Both the position numbers and the translations under genes were made by a program. A DNA stretch of 64,000 bases from Polyangiaceae bacterium (GTDB taxonomy: Bacteria; Myxococcota_A; Polyangia; Polyangiales; Polyangiaceae): NCBI GenBank assembly GCA_036490515.1, contig DASXDU010000039.1:4140-68139 (forward strand). The letters run 5' to 3'. Positions within the stretch are counted from its first letter, which is position 1. Each line of letters opens with the position of its first letter. Below, piece after piece: positions 39,807 through 49,142 of the stretch. A model generated the notes under the pieces. That model ran no database searches, was not told the origin of the DNA, and was given only the letters and a program-made list of their open reading frames with translations.

Positions 39807-41255
39807 ATGCCCGGCGTGACCTCGCCCGATCCGTACGATCGTCAGCCGTACACGGAGCACGCCTACGCCGAGACGCATCCCGATCGGCTCGCGGTCGTGG
39901 CGCTCCTCGCGGGCTGGCGCCCGCCTGCCGTTCCCACCGCGCGCGTCCTCGAGCTCGGCTGCGGACCCGGAGGCAACCTCCTGCCGATGGCCGCGCAGCT
40001 TCCCGGCGCCTCCCTCGTGGGCGTCGATCTCTCCCGCGTCCAGATCGAGCACGCGCGCGCCGTCGCCGGGGAGACCGGCCTCACGAACGTGACGTTCCAC
40101 GAGGCGAGCTTCGACGATGCCGCCGCCGCTCCCGGGCCCTTCGACTTCGTCGTCGCCCACGGCGTCTGCTCCTGGGTCGCTCCCGCCGCGCGCCGTGCGC
40201 TCCTCCGCGCGGTTGCAGGCGCGCTGTCATCCGGCGGCATCGCGTACGTGAGCTTCAACGTCCTCCCTGGCTGGTACGACCGCATGGCGCCCCGGGCGTG
40301 GCTCCGGGCCCACCCCACGGACGACCCCCTTGCCTCCCTCGCGTGGCTCCGCGACCGCGTGTCCCCGGAGCTCTCCGAGTACCGTCGCCGGCTCGACGCC
40401 GTGGCTCGGCGCCTGGGCGAGACCGACCGGGCGTACGCGACGCACGAATACCTCGCGGACGAGCACCACCCGATGTTCGTGCGGGACCTGCTCGCCGAGG
40501 CCACGGACGCCGGGCTCACCTACCTTGGGGACGCGGTCCCCTCGGAGACGGCGCTCGAGATGCTCCCCGACGACGAAGCGCGCGGTCGCGCGCGCGCCTC
40601 GGATGCCCCCGGAGCTCAGGAGATCGTCGACTTCGTGCGCAACACCGCGTTCCGCCGGGCCCTCTTCGTCCGCACGGATGCAGCACGCGCGGCCGGCTGG
40701 CAGTGGTCGCCGGGCCTCTCCGCCGCCGCGATCGACGCCATGCGCGTCGCCAGCCGGCTCCGGCCTCACGGGAGCTCCGCCGGGCCGGACGCGCGCGGCG
40801 CCGAGCGCTTCGACGGACCCGAGTCCAGCGTGCAGGTCGACTCCGGCGTCGCCCGAAGGGCGCTCCACACGCTCGCCGACGCGGCCCCGCGCTCGCGGCC
40901 CTTCGGGGACCTCGCCGGCGGCACCGACGCAGCCGCTCTGCGCGCGGAGCTCTTCGATCTCTGGCTCGCGACCGGCGCCCTCGACTTCCACGTCCACGAG
41001 CCGCCCCTCGCCGGCCCGGACGTCCTTCGCCCCCTCGCGTGCCCGGTCGCCCGCTGGCACGCCGCACACGGCGGCCCGATCACCAACCGCTGGCACCAGG
41101 CCGTTCGCCTCGAGGACCCTCCGATGCGTGCCGTGCTCGCCCTGCTCGACGGAACGCGAACCCTCGCCGAGGTGGCGCGCGCCGCCGGGTGCACCGACGC
41201 GGTCGCGAGCGCGTGCGTCGAGGCGATCGCCCGCGCCGCGCTCCTCGCCGGCTGA
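39807..41255 (+). CDS. Class I SAM-dependent methyltransferase with C-terminal methyltransferase-regulatory domain
   Basis: 482-aa ORF. SAM motif I is RVLELGCGPGGNL. FDFVVAHGVCSWV. The long C-terminal domain resembles that of PKMT-like methyltransferases. Confidence 0.8.
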   Translation: MPGVTSPDPYDRQPYTEHAYAETHPDRLAVVALLAGWRPPAVPTARVLELGCGPGGNLLPMAAQLPGASLVGVDLSRVQIEHARAVAGETGLTNVTFHEASFDDAAAAPGPFDFVVAHGVCSWVAPAARRALLRAVAGALSSGGIAYVSFNVLPGWYDRMAPRAWLRAHPTDDPLASLAWLRDRVSPELSEYRRRLDAVARRLGETDRAYATHEYLADEHHPMFVRDLLAEATDAGLTYLGDAVPSETALEMLPDDEARGRARASDAPGAQEIVDFVRNTAFRRALFVRTDAARAAGWQWSPGLSAAAIDAMRVASRLRPHGSSAGPDARGAERFDGPESSVQVDSGVARRALHTLADAAPRSRPFGDLAGGTDAAALRAELFDLWLATGALDFHVHEPPLAGPDVLRPLACPVARWHAAHGGPITNRWHQAVRLEDPPMRAVLALLDGTRTLAEVARAAGCTDAVASACVEAIARAALLAG

Positions 41256-41258
41256 GCG

Positions 41259-41969
41259 CTACCAGGCCTCGCCGAAGGGCCGCGCCTCGACCTCGAAGGA
41301 CCACGCGGAGGGAGCCTGCTGCGTCAGGGCGAACGCGGTGGCGGCGACGTCGTCCGGCTTCACGAAGAACGAGTCCGGCTTGTCCTTCATGAACGAGCGC
41401 GTGCGCGGCAGATCGACCACGCCGTCGACGATGACGATCGCCACGTGGACGCCCGACGGCCAGAGGTGCCGCGCCATCGCCTCGGCGAGCGACCTCTGGG
41501 CGGCCTTCGCCGGCGCGAACGCCGTCGTCCGCGGCACCCCGCGGCGTGAGGCGGTCGCCCCCGTGAACACGATGCTGCCGGCCTTCCTCGCCTTCATCGC
41601 GCCGATGACCTGCTTGGAGACGAGGAAGCTGCCGAGGGCGTTGACGCGCCACGCGTTCTCGAAGTCCGCGGCCTTCACCTCCTCGATGTTGCCCCAGGTG
41701 CCCGAGCCCGCGTTGTAGAGCAGGACGTCGGCGTCCCCGAGGTCGGCGCGCACCGCGGCGAATGCCTTCTCCACCGACGCGGCATCCGCGACGTCGCACG
41801 CGTAGGCGCGCGCCCCGGGGAGCTGGCCGGCCAGCTCGGTCGAGAACTCCGTCGACCGCGCCAGGAGCGCCACGGCGTACCCCTCGGCCGCGAAGCGACG
41901 CGCGTACGCCGCCCCGATGCCCGGCCCGACCCCGACCACGACGCAGACCGGCTTCTTCGTCTCGCTCAT
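41259..41969 (-). CDS. Short-chain dehydrogenase/reductase (SDR)
   Basis: 236-aa ORF. Rossmann VVGVGPGIGAA, NAG, and the catalytic region F..AK of the Y/FxxxK type. Confidence 0.85.
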   Translation of the reverse strand: MSETKKPVCVVVGVGPGIGAAYARRFAAEGYAVALLARSTEFSTELAGQLPGARAYACDVADAASVEKAFAAVRADLGDADVLLYNAGSGTWGNIEEVKAADFENAWRVNALGSFLVSKQVIGAMKARKAGSIVFTGATASRRGVPRTTAFAPAKAAQRSLAEAMARHLWPSGVHVAIVIVDGVVDLPRTRSFMKDKPDSFFVKPDDVAATAFALTQQAPSAWSFEVEARPFGEAW

Positions 41970-42047
41970 GCAGAGCGTCTTAGCAACGAAACCGACGAGT
42001 CGCCGGCCGGCGCCCGCCCCGCTGCATGCACGCTGGCGCGATACGCG

Positions 42048-45000
42048 TCAGCGACGCGCAGCCTTCCCCTTGGGGACGTTCGCGCCCGCCAGGTCCACCT
42101 GCACCATCTTCGCTCGCCACGTCTCCGCCTGGTACAGGTTCGCCCAGCGCAGATCGGCCTCGGTGAGGTCCGCCCGCTCGAAGGTCGCTTGCATCAGGTT
42201 TGCCCGCGTGCACTTCGCGCGCTTGAGGCTCGCGCGGCGGAACGTCGCCTCCGTCGCGGTTGCGCGCGACAGGGTGGCCTCGTCGAGCTTCGCCCGCACG
42301 AAGAGCGCCCGGGCGAGCTGCGCCTTGGGGAGCTGCGCCCCCGTGAGGTCCGCGCCCTCCCAGACCGAACCCTCCGCCTGCACCTCGGCGAAGGACGCCC
42401 TGGCGAACCGCGCCCCGTCCGCGCGCAGATCGGTCATCGTGGCGCCGTCGAAGACGGCTCGCTCGCCGCGCGCGCCGTAGAACGTCGCGTCGTCGAGCGC
42501 GGCCCGGGCGAAGTTCGCTCGTGCGACGGACGCCTGCGTGAAGTTCGCCGACGCGAGCTTCGCCCCCGTGAGCCTGGCGTCTTCGAGGGACGCCCCGACG
42601 AAGCTCGCGCGGGTCGCGCGCGCGTCGAGCCACGTCGCCTCGGCGGCGTGGACTCCGTCCATCACCGCGCCTTCGAGGTTGGAGCGGTCGAACGCCGCGC
42701 GGGCGAGCCTGGCGCCCGTGAGGTCGGCGCCCGCGAGGTCCGCGTCGACGAAGCTGGCGCGATCGGCGCGCGCGCCCGCGAGGACCGCCCCCGCGAGGCG
42801 TGCCCGCGCGAGCACCGCGTCGCGCAAGTTCGCCTGGGCCAGGACGGCGCCCGTGAGATCGGCGCCCGTGAGGTCCGCCCCCTCGAGGTTCACGGCGGTG
42901 AGGTCCCGGCGCGCGAGCGACTTCCCCGCGGCGATCATGGCGAGCACCTGATCGCGCGACGGCGCGTCGGGCCGGCGGGGGAGCGGCCGCGCCTTCGCGG
43001 CGGCGCCAGCCGTGTCCTCGGGGAACGCCATCGCGCCCATGGGCAAGACGGTGCCTGCCGCGACGTGGGCGAGGAAGCGCTCGCGCTCCTCGTCGATCGT
43101 GCGCGCCGTGTCCCCCTGCTCGACGTCGACGAAGAGCGCAGCGAGGTCGGGCGAGTCGTCGTCCGGCGTCGCGTAGAGGCCGCGCCAGACCAGCACGACC
43201 TTCTTCGCGTCGGTGTCGAACCACGCCGTGTCGAGCCGGAGCACGATCTCGAAGAAGTCGCCGCCCACCTCCTCGGTCCGCTGCGCGAAGGCCCGCGGCC
43301 GCAGCCCGGGCAGGCGCCCCTCGAAGCCGCCGCCGCCCGGCCGGACCCCGACGATCGAGAAGCGCTCGTCCCCGCGCAGGTACGGCACCTGCTGCTCGGG
43401 AGGCGCCGCGTTGAAGTAGCTCCAGTCCCAGTCGGCGGGCAGGTACGGCCAGCGATCGCGCATCCAGGCCGCGTCGAACGTCCCCGTCTTGCCCCGGCGC
43501 GCCTTCCACCCCGGCGGCACCGGCCCGAAGCACGCGGGCGGCGGGCGGTCGTCGGGGCCCGTCACGAGCGACTCGGGTCGCTCGAGGTTCGGCGCGAGCA
43601 CGCCGGTGCGGTACCCCCGCCCGACGGGGTTCGCCTCGGAGAGCGGGCCGCCCATGGCGCGCTCCCAGCGGAGCGGCATCTTCGCGAACCGCGCCGGCTT
43701 GCCGTCGAAGGTGAACCCGCCCCAGCGGCGGTCGCCGAAGACGGCGACGCGCCGGCGGAGATCGCCGAGGCGAAGCTCGACGTTCGTCATCCCCGACGAC
43801 TCCTGCGCGGGGTACGCGTGCCCGACGAGGAGGACGTCCGCCGCGGGCTTGAAGACGGCGAAGTCCGACGCGTAGTGGAGGCCCGTCCCGTGCGGCGTCG
43901 TCTCGTCGGCCTCGTACGGGACGTCCCCGCTCGGCTGGTCCTGCTCGGGGGCGCGCGTCAGCGACCCGTCGTCGCCGAGCTGGAACGTCGCCTTGACGAT
44001 GAAGACGTTCGAGTACTCCGGGGGCTTCACCTGCCAGGGAAGGAGCCAGGCGTGGAGCCCGGTGTCGTTGACGATGGGGGGCTCGGCCGCCTCGCGCCGC
44101 GGCAGGCGCGGCTTCTTCTCGCTCTTCGGCGCGAAGATCATCGAGTGCTCGAGCTCGAGCTCGATGGCCGACGACTGCTGCAGCATGCTGGGCCCGTCGG
44201 GCGCGCCGCCCAGTGTGGGCGCGGGCATCCCGAGGATCGACGGCTCGAGCGCCGCAGGCGGCCGCCGGTCCCACACCGGGGCCGCGTCCTTCTTGGCGAG
44301 GGTCACCGAGACCCGCGCCGCGTCGAGGGACGCCGCCTGCGCAGCCTCGAGGACCATGCTCGCCCGCCACGTCAGCACGCAGCGGAGCATCTCGCCCTCG
44401 ATCCAGAGCGTATCGAGGACGAGCGGCAGCTCCTTCGAGGTGGACCCCACCTCGACGAGCGCGTGCGCGCGCTGCCCGGGCAGGCGCCACGTCATCTCGG
44501 CGATGGCGGGGTGCAGGCCGCTCATCAGGATCGACTCGTCTCCCTGGAGCGCGGGGAGCTGCTGATCGCGCGAGGCGGCGTTGAAGTACGCGAGGTCGAC
44601 GCCCGGGCCCACCAGCGGCACGGGCACCGCGAACGACGCCGGATCCGTCGGGCCGAGGCAGTCGCGACGCGAGGGCCACGCCGGCGGAACGGGACCGAGG
44701 CCGGCGGGCCGCTTCGGATCGTTCGGGTCGACGACGCTCGGCAGGCGCGTGTCGCCCGGATCGTCGCCCACGCCGACGGGGTTCATGCGCGAGGCGGCCC
44801 CGCCTGCCGCGAGCTCCCACCGGAGCGGGACGTAGGCGAACGGCTGCGGAGGCGTCGGTGTGCCGCCGCGATCGCGCTCGCGTGACCCGATGACGAGGAG
44901 CTTCTTGTCGAGCAGCATCGTCCCGTCGCGCGCCACGGCGAGGCGAACGGTCCGGTGGGTCACCCGCTCGCCCACGGGGGCGTACGCCGCGCCCGTGAAG

Positions 45001-45251
45001 AGCACGTCCGCGCGCGCCTTGGCGGGCGCGAAGTCGGACGCGACGCGCAGGCTGCGGCCGTCGTTCTGCTCGAAGTAGATGTCCCCGAAGAGCGGGTACG
45101 GGTCGACGAGCCGCGCGCGGTGCTCGGGCCGGATCTCGAGGGTCGCCTTGGCGACCACCGTGAGGCGCACCTGGCCGGGCGCGCACACCCCGTCGCGCCA
45201 GACGAGCGTACCGGCGGCGAGGGGAGCGAGCGCGAGGACCTCGATCGGCAT
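42048..45251 (-). CDS. Tandem DUF2169 domains fused to a long pentapeptide-repeat domain (T6SS-adaptor-type protein)
   Basis: 1067-aa ORF. Two copies of the DUF2169 pattern are present (VAKATLEI..DFAPAKARADVLFTGAAYAP..PLRWELAAGG..NPVGVG..YFNAA and VKATFQL..DFAVFKPAADVLLVGHAYP..VFGDRRW..MPLRWERAMGG..NPVGRG..WDWSYFNAAP..LDTAWFD). The C-terminal 330 aa are A(D/N)LxG-type pentapeptide repeats. Confidence 0.85.
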   Translation of the reverse strand: MPIEVLALAPLAAGTLVWRDGVCAPGQVRLTVVAKATLEIRPEHRARLVDPYPLFGDIYFEQNDGRSLRVASDFAPAKARADVLFTGAAYAPVGERVTHRTVRLAVARDGTMLLDKKLLVIGSRERDRGGTPTPPQPFAYVPLRWELAAGGAASRMNPVGVGDDPGDTRLPSVVDPNDPKRPAGLGPVPPAWPSRRDCLGPTDPASFAVPVPLVGPGVDLAYFNAASRDQQLPALQGDESILMSGLHPAIAEMTWRLPGQRAHALVEVGSTSKELPLVLDTLWIEGEMLRCVLTWRASMVLEAAQAASLDAARVSVTLAKKDAAPVWDRRPPAALEPSILGMPAPTLGGAPDGPSMLQQSSAIELELEHSMIFAPKSEKKPRLPRREAAEPPIVNDTGLHAWLLPWQVKPPEYSNVFIVKATFQLGDDGSLTRAPEQDQPSGDVPYEADETTPHGTGLHYASDFAVFKPAADVLLVGHAYPAQESSGMTNVELRLGDLRRRVAVFGDRRWGGFTFDGKPARFAKMPLRWERAMGGPLSEANPVGRGYRTGVLAPNLERPESLVTGPDDRPPPACFGPVPPGWKARRGKTGTFDAAWMRDRWPYLPADWDWSYFNAAPPEQQVPYLRGDERFSIVGVRPGGGGFEGRLPGLRPRAFAQRTEEVGGDFFEIVLRLDTAWFDTDAKKVVLVWRGLYATPDDDSPDLAALFVDVEQGDTARTIDEERERFLAHVAAGTVLPMGAMAFPEDTAGAAAKARPLPRRPDAPSRDQVLAMIAAGKSLARRDLTAVNLEGADLTGADLTGAVLAQANLRDAVLARARLAGAVLAGARADRASFVDADLAGADLTGARLARAAFDRSNLEGAVMDGVHAAEATWLDARATRASFVGASLEDARLTGAKLASANFTQASVARANFARAALDDATFYGARGERAVFDGATMTDLRADGARFARASFAEVQAEGSVWEGADLTGAQLPKAQLARALFVRAKLDEATLSRATATEATFRRASLKRAKCTRANLMQATFERADLTEADLRWANLYQAETWRAKMVQVDLAGANVPKGKAARR

Positions 45252-45299
45252 GGGCCGCCGAGGCTACCAAACATCGGCCCGGTGGTATGCTGCCCGGCG

Positions 45300-45830
45300 A
45301 TGGCATCCGCCGCCAAGGTCCGCCGCCCGCACACGCTCGCCGACGCCGCACGCTCGCCTGCCTCGCCTGCCTCGCCTGCCTCGCCTGCCTCGTCGGGCTC
45401 GCCGCGAGCCGCGCAAGCCCCGGGCGCTCCGCCCGTCCTTCGCACGCCGCGGGGTGCCTCGGTGGAAGCCGACGGCGAGCGCCTCGTCGTGCGCGACACG
45501 CGGGGCGCGGTGGTGGTCGTCTACGACGCCGAGCGCGGCACCGCCGAGATCCGCGTCCCCGAGGGGGACCTCACGCTCGCCGCGCCCAAGGGCAAGATCT
45601 CGCTCCGCGCGCAGGAGGTCGAGTGCGAGGCGGGTCGCATCGAGCTCCGCGCCGACCGCATCTTCGAGCGCGCCCGCGACGTGTACCGCGAGGTCGAGGG
45701 CCTGCTCCAGACGCGGGCCGAGCGCGTGCGCACCCTCGCGCACGGCGCGTACCACGTCTTCGCGAAGCGCGTGAACGTCGCCGCCGAGGAAGACGCGTCC
45801 GTCGACGGCAAGCGCGTGCTCCTCGGGTAG
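45300..45830 (+). CDS. DUF3540-like protein
   Basis: Distal 176 codons of track ORF 44955..45830(+), ATG 45300, 48 bp from the divergent DUF2169 start. The beta-repeat body (GDLTLAAPKGKISLRAQEVECEAGRIELRADRI) and the ending ...EDASVDGKRVLLG resemble DUF3540 as I recall it. Genomic context supports the call. Confidence 0.5.
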   Translation: MASAAKVRRPHTLADAARSPASPASPASPASSGSPRAAQAPGAPPVLRTPRGASVEADGERLVVRDTRGAVVVVYDAERGTAEIRVPEGDLTLAAPKGKISLRAQEVECEAGRIELRADRIFERARDVYREVEGLLQTRAERVRTLAHGAYHVFAKRVNVAAEEDASVDGKRVLLG

Positions 45831-45854
45831 AGCCCTCGCCGGGTCGTTCGCGTC

Positions 45855-47060
45855 CTACTTGGCGAGCCGCATCACGGCGTTCGCGGTGGTGTCGGACCAG
45901 TAGACGTAGTGCGCGTCCACCGCGATGCCCCCCGGAGTGTCGCCGAGCGTCGCGAGCGTCGTGGCGGGGCCGCCGCCGATGGGGATGGCCACGATGGACC
46001 CGCCCTGAAGCGCGCTCTGGTTGCTCGGCAGGTAGCGCGCCGTCGCGAGGTATACGCGGGTCGCGTCGACCGTGATCGACGGGGCTGCCGACCATGCGCT
46101 GACGGGCGTCACCGTGCCGATGGTCGTCGGCGTCCCGCCGGACAGCGCGACCTGCGCGACGGTGCCATCCATCAAGGAGTAGTACGCATTCGTGCAGTCC
46201 GCCGTGATGGAAGCGAGCTGCCCGTCGTTCCCGCTGGCGAGCGTCACGACGGAGCCGTTCGACACCGTGCCGACGCCCCAGGAGCTCGCGTACGGTCCGT
46301 ACCCGAAGACGACGACGTCTCCACGCGCGAACATCGGGGCAAAGCCGGCGAATGGAACGGAGTCTCCGGTGTCCAGGGAGACCGCGAACCCCGGGCCGTT
46401 CTGGACCGTCGCGGTGTAGAGGAAGTGGCGCGTCGCGGCGATGTCCACGAATTGCCCGACGGCGCTCGCGACCGTGGTGTACGCGCCGCCGCAACCGGTC
46501 TTGGCGCACGCGACGACGACCCCGCCCGTTCCCCCTCCGGTCATCGTGAAGATGTCCGTGTCGTTCATCGCGACGCGATACTGGCCGATGGCGTCGAGCG
46601 CGACGACGGGGCCACCGGAGAGCGGGACGACGGAGATCGGGCCGGGGTTGAAGGAGGCGACGTAGAGGCTCGTGGCGTCGATGGCGAGGCCGGCGGGGCT
46701 CTCGACGTTCGCGAACGTCTCCGGCGCGCCGCCACCGGCACCGGTCGAGGCAGGGGGCGGCGGAGGGCAGGCAGGAGGCGAGGGCGGACCCGTCTCGGGC
46801 GCACCCTCGTCGGGCAGACTCGCCTCGGCCACGCTCGTGTCCGGAGCGCCCGCCTCGAAGACGCCGGAGGAAGAGCCGGACGAGCCGGACGAACTCGAGG
46901 AGCCCGAGGAGCCGGTGACGCCCGATGAGCTCCCGCCAGGCCTCCCCGAAGAGCTGCCGGTCTCTCCGGCGCCCCCGCCGTAGAGCGGAGTCCTCCCGCC
47001 GCACGCACCCGCGGCGGCCACGATGACGAGAGAAAGAGCGAGGACCGGGGAGCCGCGCAT
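45855..47060 (-). CDS. Beta-propeller-type lipoprotein with Ser/Gly linker
   Basis: 401-aa ORF with lipobox VAAAGAC and a (Ser-Gly)n linker. Repeated blades end in motifs such as DATSLYVAS, TRHFLYTAT, CTNAYYSL, ATRVYLAT, DAHYVYWSD. Confidence 0.7.
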   Translation of the reverse strand: MRGSPVLALSLVIVAAAGACGGRTPLYGGGAGETGSSSGRPGGSSSGVTGSSGSSSSSGSSGSSSGVFEAGAPDTSVAEASLPDEGAPETGPPSPPACPPPPPASTGAGGGAPETFANVESPAGLAIDATSLYVASFNPGPISVVPLSGGPVVALDAIGQYRVAMNDTDIFTMTGGGTGGVVVACAKTGCGGAYTTVASAVGQFVDIAATRHFLYTATVQNGPGFAVSLDTGDSVPFAGFAPMFARGDVVVFGYGPYASSWGVGTVSNGSVVTLASGNDGQLASITADCTNAYYSLMDGTVAQVALSGGTPTTIGTVTPVSAWSAAPSITVDATRVYLATARYLPSNQSALQGGSIVAIPIGGGPATTLATLGDTPGGIAVDAHYVYWSDTTANAVMRLAK

Positions 47061-47141
47061 GGTCTCCTTCGAGAAGCGTACGCCCTCGACCCCGGCGCTG
47101 CTACCGCTGTTCGATCGTACGCCCCGAGGCGACCGCGACGC

Positions 47142-47546
47142 CTAGGGAGCGACCTGTACCAGCGCCTGCGACGGTGCGCCCTGGAGGCCGTTCGCGTTCA
47201 TCTGGTTCTGCGTCGTCGTCCCGGTGACGGTGACGGCCGGCTTGCCCTGGAACTTCACCTTGGAGCTGCCCTTCGACCACTTGACCGGCCCCATGATCCC
47301 GCCGGAGCGCCAGCCGCCGCCGACCCCCGCCTCGTCGCCCTGGCTCATCGGGATCTGCGACCCGAGGTTGGCCGCCGGCATGTTCATGATCATCACCTTG
47401 GCGGCGACCTCCACCGCCATCTCGCACATGCCCGTGTTCGGGTAGGGAACCGGGGCCTCGCCGGCGGGAGGCGTGGGCGTGAAGCAGATGTCCGCCGGCG
47501 CGAGGCACATGCCCGTCTGGATCGTGGTGGCGGCAAGTCCGGGCAT
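47142..47546 (-). CDS. DUF4150 PAAR-like protein, stand-alone (no effector domain)
   Basis: 134-aa ORF. PADICFTP..APVPYPN, SQGDEAGVGGG, GSSKVKFQGKPAV and TTQNQMN match the DUF4150 pattern. AAGGAG/GAGGAG lies in the 27-nt gap upstream. Confidence 0.8.
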   Translation of the reverse strand: MPGLAATTIQTGMCLAPADICFTPTPPAGEAPVPYPNTGMCEMAVEVAAKVMIMNMPAANLGSQIPMSQGDEAGVGGGWRSGGIMGPVKWSKGSSKVKFQGKPAVTVTGTTTQNQMNANGLQGAPSQALVQVAP

Positions 47547-47573
47547 CGGTCGTCTCCTCGCTCCTTCGTCCTC

Positions 47574-49121
47574 TCAGGCGTCGACGCGGAAATCTTCGGC
47601 CTTCGCGCGCTCGGGGTCCGTCTTGCGCGCGGAGCCCATTCGCGCCCCTCGTGTCTCGGCGCCGTCGAGCTTCGCGCGGTGCAGGTTCGCGTTCGAGAGA
47701 TCGGCGTCCGCGAGCTTCGCCGTCGACAGGTCCGCGTGCGACAGGTCCGCGTTCGTGAGGTCCGCTCCCCGGAGGTCGGCCCCCCGCAGGTCCACGCCGA
47801 CGAGGCGCGCTCCCCGCAGCTTCGCTCCACGGAGATCGGCCTTTCGCGCGTTCGCGCGCGCGAACGACGCGCCCTGCAGCGAGGCCCCCGACAGCGATGC
47901 CCGCTCGAGCGTCGCGCCGTCGAAGCGCGCGAAGTCGAGCATCACCGACGCCATCTTCGCGTCGGTGAGGTCGGCCCCCTCCGCACGGAGCTGCCGCGCC
48001 GTGCCGCCCGCGAGCTTCATCCCGGGGAGCTTCGCCCGCCCGATCGAGGCGCGCGTGAGATCGCACCCGCGCAGGTCCGCGTCGGCGCCCTTCGCGTCCT
48101 CGAGCAGGCACTGCTCGAACGCCGTCCCCGCAGCCTGCACCTTCGCGAAGTCGATCCCGCTGAAGTCCGCGAGGTAGAACTTCGCGCGCCGCAGGTCGGC
48201 CCCGGCCAGCGCGCGCGATCGAATGCGTGCCCCGCGGGCGTCGGCCCCCTCGAGCGTCGCGCTCGAGAGGTCCACGTCGAGCATCCGCGTCGTCCGCATC
48301 GTGGCGCCCGACAGGTCGACCCGCGCGAGGTTCGCGCCCGACAGATCCACCCGCTCCCACGTCGAGCCGCGAAGGGGGGACCCGCGAAGATCCGCGTTCG
48401 CGAGGTCCGCGTCGGCGATCGTCTTTCCGGCCATGGCGCCGCCGAGGACGGCCTTGGCGAGCGTCGGGGGAGCGGCAGGCGGGGGGGCGGGAGCGGGGAC
48501 TCCGCGCTTCGCGGGCGCGGGGGCGAGCGCGGGCGCGAGCGCGGGCGCGGGCGCGGGCGCGGGCGCGGAGAGTGACGCCGGGGGCGCCGGGCGCCTCGTC
48601 GGGAAGACGTGTTTCACCGCGGGAGGCGGCTCGGTGGGCGCGGGCGGCGAAGCCGCCGTGGGCGGCGGGGGCGGCGCCGGAGCGGGAACCGCGATCTCCG
48701 TCTTGGCGACGAGCGCATCGAGCGCGGGCCGCTTCGCGGGCTTTTCCTTGCGTGGAGCCGTGCCCCGGCCCGCCAGCGGCAGCGTGCCGGCGAGCCCCGC
48801 GCCCTCCATCTTCGCGCGCAGCGCCGCCGCGGCCTTCTTCGCCTCCTCGGGCGTGATCTGCTGCGTCTTCAGGAGCGCAGGGTCGAGGGGCTTCCTCGCC
48901 TGCGGGGCCGGGGCCTTCCCCGGGACCGACGCCGGGTTCATCACCTGCGTCCTCAGCATCGCCGGGTCGAACTTCTTCGGAGGCGGCTTCGCCCCGGACG
49001 GCGGCCCTGCCTCGGCCCCTGCCTTCGGCTTCGGCGCGAGGGGCAGCGTCCCCGTCAGCTGCTTCAGCTTGTCGCTCGACGGGCGCCTCTTCGGCGGGGG
49101 TTTCTTCGCGTCGTCCGTCAC
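47574..49121 (-). CDS. Pentapeptide-repeat protein with Lys/Pro/Ala-rich disordered N-terminal half
   Basis: 515-aa ORF. The N-terminal 230 aa are low complexity, including an (Ala-Pro)n run. The C-terminal 280 aa are A(D/N)L(R/S)G pentapeptide repeats. Confidence 0.85.
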   Translation of the reverse strand: MTDDAKKPPPKRRPSSDKLKQLTGTLPLAPKPKAGAEAGPPSGAKPPPKKFDPAMLRTQVMNPASVPGKAPAPQARKPLDPALLKTQQITPEEAKKAAAALRAKMEGAGLAGTLPLAGRGTAPRKEKPAKRPALDALVAKTEIAVPAPAPPPPPTAASPPAPTEPPPAVKHVFPTRRPAPPASLSAPAPAPAPALAPALAPAPAKRGVPAPAPPPAAPPTLAKAVLGGAMAGKTIADADLANADLRGSPLRGSTWERVDLSGANLARVDLSGATMRTTRMLDVDLSSATLEGADARGARIRSRALAGADLRRAKFYLADFSGIDFAKVQAAGTAFEQCLLEDAKGADADLRGCDLTRASIGRAKLPGMKLAGGTARQLRAEGADLTDAKMASVMLDFARFDGATLERASLSGASLQGASFARANARKADLRGAKLRGARLVGVDLRGADLRGADLTNADLSHADLSTAKLADADLSNANLHRAKLDGAETRGARMGSARKTDPERAKAEDFRVDA

Positions 49122-49142
49122 GCGACGAGCCTACCAGGTCCG

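Noticed and set aside
41980-45351. 1123-aa ORF in an alternative minus-strand frame of the DUF2169 gene, and the plus-strand 898-aa ORF 42189..44885
   Set aside because: Both are Arg/Pro/Gly-rich with no motifs. The 42048..45251 frame carries two complete DUF2169 patterns and regular pentapeptide repeats.
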